Positions 46,377 through 55,046 of a stretch of 64,000 nt of DNA are shown piece by piece. How positions within the stretch are numbered: the first letter of the stretch is position 1; each line of letters opens with the position of its first letter. Source of the DNA: Spirochaetota bacterium (lineage in GTDB: Bacteria > Spirochaetota > JAHITG01 > JAFGFC01). Position numbers and translations under genes: made by a program. The stretch covers positions 13,710-77,709 of the forward strand of contig JAFGFC010000110.1 of NCBI GenBank assembly GCA_016931325.1. Reading direction: 5' to 3'. Under the pieces are notes generated by a model. The model was not told where the DNA came from. It searched no databases and worked only from the letters and a program-made list of their open reading frames with translations.

Positions 46377-48877
46377 AGATCATTGGGACCTCAAAAGACA
46401 AAAATAACAAGACGAAAGATTTTTTAGATGAACCTGACAAGATATATCCCGTTATCCCTCTTAAGAATCTTGTTGTTTTTCCTTCCATGGTAACTCCCTT
46501 TATTGTGGGGAGGAAATTTTCCATCACCGCTATTGAGACTGCCATGAAAATGGATAAAAAAATAGTTCTGGTGATGCAGAAGCGCGCCAATGTGCAGAGT
46601 CCTTCAGCCAAAGATCTTCATAAAGTAGGAACGATCTGTGAGATCCTGCAGATTCTGAAAATCCCGGATGGGACCATCAAGGTCCTTGTTGAAGGTTTGA
46701 AAAGAGCGGAAATAAAAAAGGTCTTTACCCAGGGAGAGGCCTTCACGGCCAAGGTGTTCATCCCCCCGGTCAGGATTGATAAAAATCAGGAGATGGAGAT
46801 CGAAGCCCTGGTGCGGAATGTGGTTCAGCTCTTTGACAAGTATTCCAAGTTGAATAAAAAAATACCTCCTGAAACGATCGTGACCACAATGAATACAGAT
46901 TCGGCTGAAGATATGATCGATATCATAGCCAGCCAGCTGGGGTCCAAACCTTCATCCAAGCAAAAGTTATTATCTATTTTTGATCTTACCGGCCGCTTGA
47001 AGGAATTAACGCAATTATTACAGAAAGAGATTGAAATACTCAACGTAGAAAAGGATGTTCAGGAGAAAGTCCGTGATAATATGCAAAAAACCCAGAGAGA
47101 ATATTACCTGCAGGAACAATTAAAGGTGATCAAAAAAGAGCTGGGTGAAAAAGGGGAATACCTTGACGACATCACCGAGCTGAAAAAAGCGATTAAAAAA
47201 GCCAAGTTGCCGAAAGAGCCATTGGAGAAATGCAAAAAAGAGATCGCCAGGCTGGAAAAGATGCCCCCGATGTCAGCTGAAGCTTCTGTCATACGGACTT
47301 ATATTGACTGGATCCTGGATCTGCCCTGGCATTATAAAACAAAGGATCAGAACGATATCAAAAAGGCCGCTAAAATACTGGATGAAGATCATTATGGATT
47401 AAAGAAAGTCAAAGAGAGGATTCTGGAATATATGGCGGTCCGTCAGATCGCTGATAAATTAAAGGGGCAGATACTCTGTTTTGTGGGCCCTCCCGGGGTG
47501 GGAAAGACATCACTGGCTCGTTCTATTGCCCGGTGTTTGAATCGTAATTTTGTCAGGATATCTCTTGGCGGCGTAAGGGACGAAGCTGAGATAAGAGGCC
47601 ATAGAAGGACTTATGTCGGGGCCTTGCCCGGCCGTATCGTACAGGGAATGAAGAAGGCCAAATCGAAAAATCCTGTCTTTTTAATGGATGAAATAGATAA
47701 AATGAGCACAGATTTCAGAGGTGACCCTTCAGCCGCCCTGTTAGAGGTGCTGGATCCCGAACAGAACAATTCTTTTTCCGATCATTATTTAGAACTGGCT
47801 TATGATCTTTCGGATGTCTTTTTTATTACCACGGCTAATTCGCCCTATAATATTCCCAGACCCCTTCTGGACAGGATGGAGACGATCGAGCTGGCCGGTT
47901 ATACAGAATATGAAAAGCTGCATATTGCCAGCCAGTTCCTGATACCGAAACAGTTAAAAGAGCATGGGTTAAAAGAGGATAACATCAGGTTCCAGAGTAA
48001 TATCATACTGGAGATCATTCGCTATTATACACGTGAGGCAGGAGTAAGGGAGCTCGAGCGGACGATAGCTACCATCTGTCGCAAAGTAGCAAAAAGGATC
48101 GTGGAAGAGAACAAACAGGTCAATATACGTATCAACAGCCATCTGATCCATAAATATCTCGGTGTAAAAAAATATCGTTACGGAGCGGCTGAACAGAAAA
48201 ATGAGATAGGTGTGGCTACCGGTCTGGCCTGGACCGAAGCCGGGGGTGACATTCTGTCAATTGAAGTTTCTGTAGTGCCGGGAACGGGCAAGCTGATCCT
48301 TACCGGCAAACTCGGTGAGATCATGCAGGAATCAGCTCAGGCGGCTTTATCCTATGCCCGCTCAAAGACAAAACAGTATCACCTTCTGGAAGGGTTTTAT
48401 AAAAAATATGACATCCATATCCATGTCCCGGAAGGGGCTGTGCCGAAAGATGGTCCCTCAGCCGGTATCACGATCGCCACGGCGCTCATTTCCGCCTTAG
48501 GGAAGATCCCGGTGAGAAAAGATGTGGCCATGACAGGCGAAATAACTCTGAGGGGAAAGATCCTTCCCATCGGCGGTCTGAAGGAAAAGGTCCTTTCCGC
48601 TTCCCGCTCCAATATCAATCATGTCATTTTACCCTTTGAGAATAAAAAGGATTTTGAAGAGATCCCCAAGGATATCCAGAAAAGGATGAAATTTTATTTT
48701 GTGAAACACATGGAGCAGGTATTAAAAGTATCCCTTTCAGAACCAAAATTTATCAAATCGGACAAAGGGGAGGTTATCAGTTACCAGAAGAAAAAACCCC
48801 CGATGAAGAAGAAAAAAAGAACAAGATCTGTTAAAATAAAAGACTGGAAGAATAATGAGATCCAACCTGAAGCTTAG
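46373..48877 (+). CDS. lon: Lon protease (LonA)
   Basis: LON N-domain ([22 protein letters not shown]), [17 protein letters not shown] and [10 protein letters not shown] catalytic Ser. There is a Lys-rich C-terminal tail of about 45 aa. Confidence 0.96.
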   Translation: MKIIGTSKDKNNKTKDFLDEPDKIYPVIPLKNLVVFPSMVTPFIVGRKFSITAIETAMKMDKKIVLVMQKRANVQSPSAKDLHKVGTICEILQILKIPDGTIKVLVEGLKRAEIKKVFTQGEAFTAKVFIPPVRIDKNQEMEIEALVRNVVQLFDKYSKLNKKIPPETIVTTMNTDSAEDMIDIIASQLGSKPSSKQKLLSIFDLTGRLKELTQLLQKEIEILNVEKDVQEKVRDNMQKTQREYYLQEQLKVIKKELGEKGEYLDDITELKKAIKKAKLPKEPLEKCKKEIARLEKMPPMSAEASVIRTYIDWILDLPWHYKTKDQNDIKKAAKILDEDHYGLKKVKERILEYMAVRQIADKLKGQILCFVGPPGVGKTSLARSIARCLNRNFVRISLGGVRDEAEIRGHRRTYVGALPGRIVQGMKKAKSKNPVFLMDEIDKMSTDFRGDPSAALLEVLDPEQNNSFSDHYLELAYDLSDVFFITTANSPYNIPRPLLDRMETIELAGYTEYEKLHIASQFLIPKQLKEHGLKEDNIRFQSNIILEIIRYYTREAGVRELERTIATICRKVAKRIVEENKQVNIRINSHLIHKYLGVKKYRYGAAEQKNEIGVATGLAWTEAGGDILSIEVSVVPGTGKLILTGKLGEIMQESAQAALSYARSKTKQYHLLEGFYKKYDIHIHVPEGAVPKDGPSAGITIATALISALGKIPVRKDVAMTGEITLRGKILPIGGLKEKVLSASRSNINHVILPFENKKDFEEIPKDIQKRMKFYFVKHMEQVLKVSLSEPKFIKSDKGEVISYQKKKPPMKKKKRTRSVKIKDWKNNEIQPEA

Positions 48878-49739
48878 TTTTATAATCTTGCTCTCCGTCT
48901 TTATTTTCTATCAGTGTCAGACAGAGTTTCAGCTTCCCAAAAGGATAATCAATTCCCCCATGAATGTTGTGGCTTTGCCCACCAATCAGGGAATTATTGT
49001 AACATTTTACGGCAATAATTTTGAAGAGGGTTTCAAAGGTTACAACATATATGTCAGTCCAACACCGGGCCCGGGCTCATTAAATATTCCACCGGTGAAA
49101 AATGAGTATGGCGGTCTGCCAACTATTCTATGGGGGTCTTCAGGAGTTTACCCGGATGCCTCACAGAAGAGCTATGTGACCATCAGGTCTGATTCCTACA
49201 ATCATCGGATTACCAACAATCAAAGCTATTATATTACCGTCACAGCCTACCTGATCGTTAATAACAATGAATATGAAAGTGATCACAGTAATGAAGCGCA
49301 GGTAACACCGGGTGATGAAGGAGAATCGGAAATATTCAACCACAGGATATCAGGGAAATCGAATGATGGTATTGTCTTTTATTCTTCCGGACAGGCGCAC
49401 CTCACCAATGCCCCGGATACGTTAACATCCGGCTGGGGGGGAGATTTTGTTTTTGAACTGAATCAGGTCGCTGCTTCTGTCCTTCCCTATATTGTTATAA
49501 AGTCCAATGGAGATGGTTTTCAGGATCTGGGATATTATGCAAGCATGAAAGAGCTAACGTCCATACCGACAAGCGGTTATCTTCAGGGAGATATTTCTGT
49601 ACCGGCTAAAAATAATCATCTCTATATTCTCCATAAACCCTTGATAGGAAAATACATCAAAATCTATGTTCTCTCGGCTCCCGAGGGTCAGGCTTCTGTC
49701 ACAAGTGACGTCAGCCTGAAAATAAAATGGGCCTACTGA
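48855..49739 (+). CDS. Hypothetical exported protein (FN3-like N-terminal region)
   Basis: Signal peptide [16 protein letters not shown]. Contains PMNVVALPTNQGIIVTFYG..FKGYNIYVSPTPG. No recognisable catalytic motifs. Overlaps the lon 3' end by 23 nt. Confidence 0.5.
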   Translation: MRSNLKLSFIILLSVFIFYQCQTEFQLPKRIINSPMNVVALPTNQGIIVTFYGNNFEEGFKGYNIYVSPTPGPGSLNIPPVKNEYGGLPTILWGSSGVYPDASQKSYVTIRSDSYNHRITNNQSYYITVTAYLIVNNNEYESDHSNEAQVTPGDEGESEIFNHRISGKSNDGIVFYSSGQAHLTNAPDTLTSGWGGDFVFELNQVAASVLPYIVIKSNGDGFQDLGYYASMKELTSIPTSGYLQGDISVPAKNNHLYILHKPLIGKYIKIYVLSAPEGQASVTSDVSLKIKWAY

Positions 49740-49748
49740 TTTAGTTCA

Positions 49749-49811
49749 TAGTTCTTAGTTCATAGTTTTTAGTTTAAGGATTTAAAACCAGGAACTATGA
49801 ACCAAGAACTA
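49749..49811. repeat. Hairpin built from tandem GTTCWTA heptamers (element B)
   Basis: tagttcttagttcatagtt (49749-67) pairs with aactatgaaccaagaacta (49793-811), 18 of 19 bp, with a 25-nt loop. The left flank continues the heptamer register (gttcata gttctta gttcata gttttta). Confidence 0.8.
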
Positions 49812-49836
49812 TAATTAAAAACAGGAGGTTTTTTTA

Positions 49837-50859
49837 ATGGGCAGCGTTAAGGATTTAGAAGTTTTAGAAGAACCAACAGATAAGAAGGCAGGCCTGGGTC
49901 GGTTCGTTTTTTCAGACCGATATTCGGTATTTGATTGGGGAGAGATGCCTGACCATATTAAAAATAAGGGAAGATCCCTTTGCCTTATAGGGGCTTGGTT
50001 TTTTGAAAGATTAAAGGGGATGGGCATCAAAAGTCATTATAAAGGGCTGGTTGAGAACGGGCAGGTCAGGTCAATAAACAATGTGGGGTCTCCCCCTGAT
50101 ACTTTGGAGGTAAAGCTCTTACGAGTTTTAAAACCCCGGTTGAATAAGGGCCATTATGATTATTCTCTGTATAAGACCCAGACCGGCAATTTTCTGATCC
50201 CGCTGGAAGTGATATACAGGAACAGTCTTCCCCCTTCTTCCAGTGTCTTTAAAAGGTTGAACAATAATTCATTAAAGCTGAAAGACATCGGGCTGAACAA
50301 AATCCCTGAGCCCGGGCAAAAGCTGGAAAACCCCCTATTGGATGTATCGACGAAACTGGAAGAGATAGACCGATATATGGACTGGAAAGAGGCTCAGAAT
50401 ATATCCGGTTTGACCGATCAGGAACTGAGCCGGATAAAAGAGATCACGTTAATTATCAATCAATTAATCACGGACGAAGTTCAACAATTGGGCCTGCAGC
50501 ATGAAGACGGCAAGATAGAGTTCGGTATGGATGAGAACAGGCAGATCGTTCTGGTCGATGTTCTGGGAACGCCGGATGAATGCCGGTTTACCTACAAGGG
50601 GATCCCTGTCTCTAAAGAAGCAGCCCGGATATTCTACCGAAAAACGGAATGGTTCAAAGAGGTGGAGGAGGCCAAAAAGAAGGACAAGGTTAACTGGAAG
50701 AAACGGGTCTCATCCCCTCCGCCGCCTTTATCATCCCGGCTCCAGGAATTGATTCCCCATCTTTATCAGTCCTTTTGTAATCAAATAACAAAAAAACAGT
50801 GGTTCAATGTCCCTTCGTTGGAAGAGGTTATGGCGGGGATTGATGAGGCTTTGAAATAG
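49837..50859 (+). CDS. purC: Phosphoribosylaminoimidazole-succinocarboxamide (SAICAR) synthase, long form
   Basis: GSVKDLEV...GLGRFVFSDRYSVFDWGEMPD..I.NKG and LIPLEVIYRN. Confidence 0.9.
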   Translation: MGSVKDLEVLEEPTDKKAGLGRFVFSDRYSVFDWGEMPDHIKNKGRSLCLIGAWFFERLKGMGIKSHYKGLVENGQVRSINNVGSPPDTLEVKLLRVLKPRLNKGHYDYSLYKTQTGNFLIPLEVIYRNSLPPSSSVFKRLNNNSLKLKDIGLNKIPEPGQKLENPLLDVSTKLEEIDRYMDWKEAQNISGLTDQELSRIKEITLIINQLITDEVQQLGLQHEDGKIEFGMDENRQIVLVDVLGTPDECRFTYKGIPVSKEAARIFYRKTEWFKEVEEAKKKDKVNWKKRVSSPPPPLSSRLQELIPHLYQSFCNQITKKQWFNVPSLEEVMAGIDEALK

Positions 50860-50866
50860 GACAAAA

Positions 50867-51733
50867 TCATCGGGCCAGTTCAAGTATTTCAGGTATCTTC
50901 TCTTCAAAATTGATGGCCATGATATGAACACCATCGGCAAATTTTCTTAACTCCTTGATCAGAGAAGCACAGATCTGAAGACCGCGCTTTAAAGGGTCAG
51001 ACGCTTTTTCAATATCAACTATGATATCTTCAGGGATCACGATCCCGGGCACCTTTTCATTCAGGACACGGGCCATTTTGGCTGATTTTAAAGGAAGGAT
51101 ACCTGCCAGAAATCTTATCTTTTTATGTTTTATATTGTTCAAGAATGTTTTAAAAAGACCGGCATCAAAGATCGCCTGAGTTTGAAAGAACCGGGCTCCT
51201 GATTCGATCTTCTTTTCTATCATATGATACTGAAGGGCCATATTTTCATAGACCGGATTGCATACGGCTCCGATCAATAGATCAGTTTTGCCGGAAAGTT
51301 TATGGCCTTGAAGGTCCACGCCGTTATTCAGGCCTTTCGCTGTCCGGATCAACTGGATCGTATCCAGATCATAGACAGGCTTGGCCTCAGGGTGATCCCC
51401 ATTATTGGGATGGTCACCGGAAAGGGCCAGGGTATTTTTTATCCCCATGGCTGAAGCCCCGATAAGGTCAGACTGAAGGGCTAACCGGTTACGGTCGCGG
51501 CAGGTGATCTGATAGATGGGGTCTGTCTTTGCATCCAGAAGGATCCTTGAGGCCGCCAGAGAAGAGATGCGCATGACAGCCCTCTGGTTATCCGTCACGT
51601 TGATCCCATCGACCAGATGCTTTAAAAGACCGGCCTTTTGCACAAAACCGGTGATGTCGGTTCCTTTCGGTGGAAAGATCTCTGATGTAATAACAAACTG
51701 TTTATCTTTTAATGCTTTTCGAAAGTTCATCAT
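50867..51733 (-). CDS. metF: Methylenetetrahydrofolate reductase, short MetF type
   Basis: FVITSEIFPPKG, INVTDNQRAVMR, QITCRDRNR and LALSGDHP. Confidence 0.9.
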   Translation of the reverse strand: MMNFRKALKDKQFVITSEIFPPKGTDITGFVQKAGLLKHLVDGINVTDNQRAVMRISSLAASRILLDAKTDPIYQITCRDRNRLALQSDLIGASAMGIKNTLALSGDHPNNGDHPEAKPVYDLDTIQLIRTAKGLNNGVDLQGHKLSGKTDLLIGAVCNPVYENMALQYHMIEKKIESGARFFQTQAIFDAGLFKTFLNNIKHKKIRFLAGILPLKSAKMARVLNEKVPGIVIPEDIIVDIEKASDPLKRGLQICASLIKELRKFADGVHIMAINFEEKIPEILELAR

Positions 51734-51736
51734 TTA

Positions 51737-51790
51737 GGTTCGACGTTCGAGGTTCGACGTTCGACGTTAAAAAAACGAAGAAAGCGAACC
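51737..51790. repeat. Tandem GTTCGAS heptamers with a partial inverted arm (element C)
   Basis: g gttcgac gttcgag gttcgac gttcgac gtt, an aaaaaaa loop, then cgaagaa agcgaacc. The right arm resembles the right arm of element A (cgatgaa cgaagaa ctacgaa). Confidence 0.7.
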
Positions 51791-51809
51791 ACCCTATCTG
51801 GGTAGAACT

Positions 51810-52448
51810 CTATTTTCTCCATTCAATTTTCTGCGGATGAGGCGATTTTTTCTTTGGAGGCAAGTAGGATTTGTGCTTTTTAGAAAAGTTCTTTTCATTT
51901 GACTTAAAGATGAGATTCCAGACACAGTCATTTTCGACAAGAGCTTCACATTTTCCGTTCTTTGATCCGCCACAGGGACCGTTAATAAATCCCTTAGGGC
52001 ACCTTGTGATCACGCAGACTCCATCCGTTGATTCCAGCTGGCAATCTCCGCAGAGAGAACAGAATTGTTGAAACGAACCCAGCCTTTTTTCATTGGCCAG
52101 AAAGACCGTATCCAGGGCTGGATGAAGTTTTATCTTCACAAACTCACCGAATGACTGGACACCGGCCCCGCAGGCCATGACAATAAGTGAATCAGCTTGC
52201 TCGATTTTTTTCTTGTTTTTATTGATAAAAAGCCGCACCTGGCGCTGATCACAGACAGCATCAATAACGGCTGTCATCAAAATGATATATCCTTTTTTTC
52301 CCAGTTTATCTTTCAGCTCCTGGACCTGTTTTTCTCCTCCGGTTTGAAAGGTTGTGGCGCAGAGACCACAGCCCACAATAATGATATTTTTTTCTCCGGA
52401 CAGATACTTGAGCAGGACCTTGAGTTCTTTTTGCTTGGTGGCTATCAC
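51810..52448 (-). CDS. metV: MTHFR C-terminal-domain / zinc-ribbon protein (MetV type)
   Basis: IIVGCGLCAT, VMACGAGVQ, CSLCGDC and ITRCPKGFINGPCGGSKNGKCE. Lies directly upstream of metF. Confidence 0.82.
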   Translation of the reverse strand: MIATKQKELKVLLKYLSGEKNIIIVGCGLCATTFQTGGEKQVQELKDKLGKKGYIILMTAVIDAVCDQRQVRLFINKNKKKIEQADSLIVMACGAGVQSFGEFVKIKLHPALDTVFLANEKRLGSFQQFCSLCGDCQLESTDGVCVITRCPKGFINGPCGGSKNGKCEALVENDCVWNLIFKSNEKNFSKKHKSYLPPKKKSPHPQKIEWRK

Positions 52449-52455
52449 TTAGAAG

Positions 52456-52917
52456 TTATCCTCCATTTTCATACTGGGTGATAATATCGATCACCTCACC
52501 AGGAGATTTGGCATTTTTCAGCTTGTCCCTTATCAGGGGAGGTTGAACAAGTCTGGCTATATTGGACAAAGCGGCGACATGGGGACCCGAAGCCCCCGGG
52601 GGTGCCAGTAACAGAAAAAAGATATGGGAATATTCACCGTCCATGGAATTAAAATCAACACCTTCAGCCGAGATGCCAATTGACATGGAAAGAGCCGTGA
52701 CAGCGGCTGTTTTCGCATGAGGAACAGCGATCCCTTTTTCCAGACCTGTGGAACCTTTTTTTTCGCGTTCCATAACATCATGAAACGCCAATTCTTTATC
52801 CTTTAATTTCCCGGCCTTGACTAAGAGGTCCAAAAGCTCTTTTATCACAGATTCTTTCTCCAATTCCTGTAAATGAACTGTAATGGCCTTTTCATCAAGA
52901 ATATCTAAAAGACTCAT
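52456..52917 (-). CDS. PTS EIIA type-2 domain protein (PtsN-like)
   Basis: KESVIKELLDLL, EREKKGSTGLEKGIAVPHAK (active-site His context) and IFFLLLAP. Confidence 0.85.
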   Translation of the reverse strand: MSLLDILDEKAITVHLQELEKESVIKELLDLLVKAGKLKDKELAFHDVMEREKKGSTGLEKGIAVPHAKTAAVTALSMSIGISAEGVDFNSMDGEYSHIFFLLLAPPGASGPHVAALSNIARLVQPPLIRDKLKNAKSPGEVIDIITQYENGG

Positions 52918-52959
52918 TCGTCGTACCTCCTAACCTTATCACCTTACAAGGGAAACAAG

Positions 52960-53442
52960 TTACAGATTTTCATATAACATTTCAACTTTTTTATCATTTT
53001 TTACAATAATAACATGGCTGGGGGCTTCCCGCATGATCCTTTCCATTTCATCATAAGAGGCTTCTCTTACACTTATGATCTTTCGAAGTTGACCCAAAAG
53101 GATCAGATCGATCTGGTTTTCCTTACTCAGGGTAACCACTTCATTGTGGACAATGCCCTTTTTGATTATTTTTTTAATAGTGACACCTTTGGCGCTGGCC
53201 TTGGTCTCAACCTGATGAAGATATTTATCTGCATCCTGTTCCATCTCTTTTTCATAATCAATTTTTTCTTCTTCGATAAAAATACGGGCTTTTAATAGCT
53301 CATTTAAAGCTTTTTCATTAATCACATAAACGACATAAAGCTCAGCAGAAAGAAGCTTGGACAGATAGATCCCGTACAACGAAGCTGTCAGGGATTCCGA
53401 TGAGCCGTCAATCACTACCATTAATTTATTGATTTTATTCAT
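52960..53442 (-). CDS. Universal stress protein family
   Basis: LMVVIDGSSESLTASLYGIYLSKLLSAELYVVYV and DLILLG... match the Usp fold pattern. Confidence 0.82.
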   Translation of the reverse strand: MNKINKLMVVIDGSSESLTASLYGIYLSKLLSAELYVVYVINEKALNELLKARIFIEEEKIDYEKEMEQDADKYLHQVETKASAKGVTIKKIIKKGIVHNEVVTLSKENQIDLILLGQLRKIISVREASYDEMERIMREAPSHVIIVKNDKKVEMLYENL

Positions 53443-53496
53443 GATGATAAACCCTTATCATTATCGAAACGAATGATACCCGTGATAAATTATTTT

Positions 53497-54777
53497 TCAT
53501 TCCTGTTTTACGATCAGCTGCAGATGTTTTATATCAATGACTTTTATCCGACTGCCTTTTTTTATCTTTTGATTATTCAGTCCGATAGCCTGCCACCTTT
53601 CTCCCGCCACGAAAACCTCTCCCCTGGGATCCAGATCTGATCGGGCGTATCCGGTCTCTCCGATGATCCCTTCCTGTCCGGTTTGAACTTTGGCAAACTG
53701 CACTTTCACGCCAAAATAAGCCAGAAGAAGGAAGAACCCAATGGTGAAAACAGCAGCGGATATCAAAACAACCGGTGAGATCTGCAAGAATTTTGCCGAG
53801 GTTCTTAAAAGCATGACAGAACCAAGGACAAAGGAGACGGCCGCCCCAATACCCAGGATTCCTCCGGAGGCGATCTTTAATTCGAGGATAAAAAGGACAA
53901 TGCTGAGAAAGATCAAGATCAGCCCGGCTAAATTTATAGGCAGGGTATTCAGGGCAAAAAAAGCCAGGATCAGACAGATACTTCCCACGACCCCCGGGAA
54001 TCCAATACCAGGGGAAGAGAATTCAGCCATAATACCGTAAATTCCTAAAAGTAGCAGGATATAAGCGATATTGGGATGAGAGATAGAAAATAAAAATTTT
54101 TCAAGGATATTCATCTGTCGTTCTTCAAATTGAGCCTTTTGTAATTGGAGGAGAATATCTCCTGTATCCCTTTTAATTTTGTAATTTTCCAGTTGTTTTT
54201 TCAGTTCCTTCAGATCAACAGCCAGAAGATCAGCAATATTTTTTTGCCTGGCTTCCCAGGCTGTGATAGACACACTTTTCGTCACCATGAGCCTGGCCAG
54301 ATCCGGATTTTTTCCTCTTTTTCTGGCAATGCCAATTATAAAAGCCACAGTATCATTCACGATCTTTTTTTCCATCTCACGGTCGATCTTCTGACCCAGG
54401 TTGACCGGATGGGCAGCCCCGATATGAGAAGTGGGCGACATGGCCAGCACGTCACAGGCAAGCATGATAAACGCTCCGGCTGAAGCAGCCCGGGCTCCTT
54501 CAGGACTGACATAACCGATCAAAGGGGAAGAGGTATTCATGATCTTGAGAACAATATCACGGGTGGCCTCTAACAGACCGCCGGGTGTATCTATTTTAAT
54601 AATGATGATCCCGTCACCTTTCTTGTCGACCGTATCGATCGTATCAATTAAAAAAGAGGCCAGTACTGAATTGATAACACCCTCAACATCGATCACATAG
54701 ATCTTTTCAAATGTTCTGGCATTGAGAGAGGGGATAAAAAGGCACAGGGCCAGGATAACTGTTAATAAAGATTTCAT
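53497..54777 (-). CDS. NfeD-family membrane-bound ClpP-class serine protease
   Basis: VIDVEGVINSV, IDTPGGLLEATRDI and ASAGAFIMLACD, followed by 4-5 TM helices and a C-terminal OB-like NfeD domain (VFVAGERWQA). Confidence 0.88.
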   Translation of the reverse strand: MKSLLTVILALCLFIPSLNARTFEKIYVIDVEGVINSVLASFLIDTIDTVDKKGDGIIIIKIDTPGGLLEATRDIVLKIMNTSSPLIGYVSPEGARAASAGAFIMLACDVLAMSPTSHIGAAHPVNLGQKIDREMEKKIVNDTVAFIIGIARKRGKNPDLARLMVTKSVSITAWEARQKNIADLLAVDLKELKKQLENYKIKRDTGDILLQLQKAQFEERQMNILEKFLFSISHPNIAYILLLLGIYGIMAEFSSPGIGFPGVVGSICLILAFFALNTLPINLAGLILIFLSIVLFILELKIASGGILGIGAAVSFVLGSVMLLRTSAKFLQISPVVLISAAVFTIGFFLLLAYFGVKVQFAKVQTGQEGIIGETGYARSDLDPRGEVFVAGERWQAIGLNNQKIKKGSRIKVIDIKHLQLIVKQE

Positions 54778-54847
54778 AAAAAAAATTTATTGAAAAATTA
54801 CCTGTTTGTCAACATATTTAAAAGGACAAAGAAACCACAGAGCGCAT

Positions 54848-54877
54848 CCTTTAGGAATCGTGTAAACGATTCCAAGG
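54848..54877. other. Stable hairpin capped by a GTAA tetraloop in the nfeD / helicase intergenic region
   Basis: The stem cctt(ta)ggaatcgt, loop gtaa and stem acgattccaagg give 12 bp with a 2-nt bulge. Confidence 0.5.
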
Positions 54878-55012
54878 ACCTGACCCTGAGAATTTCTCAA
54901 GAGAAATTCCCAGGGGCAGAAAACAATAAAATTTTAAACTAAAATACACAAATATTTTTTTATTTATCTTATCCAGTGAATTCAGAGTCTTCAGAGGTTT
55001 CTCTTTTAAATG

Positions 55013-55040
55013 TTGACAAAGAAGAAAAAAAAAGTATAAT
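55013..55040 (+). promoter_or_regulatory. Consensus sigma-70 promoter positioned for a leaderless mRNA
   Basis: TTGACA (55013-18), a 16-nt spacer, then TATAAT (55035-40). ATG 55047 starts 7 nt after the -10 hexamer with no SD in between (AACGGT). Confidence 0.6.
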
Positions 55041-55046
55041 AACGGT

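Noticed and set aside
53497-54777. NfeD protease without the usual adjacent SPFH/stomatin (slipin) partner gene.
   Set aside because: Absence within one window is weak evidence, because long-form NfeD genes are often separated from their partner. Nothing in the sequence itself is anomalous.
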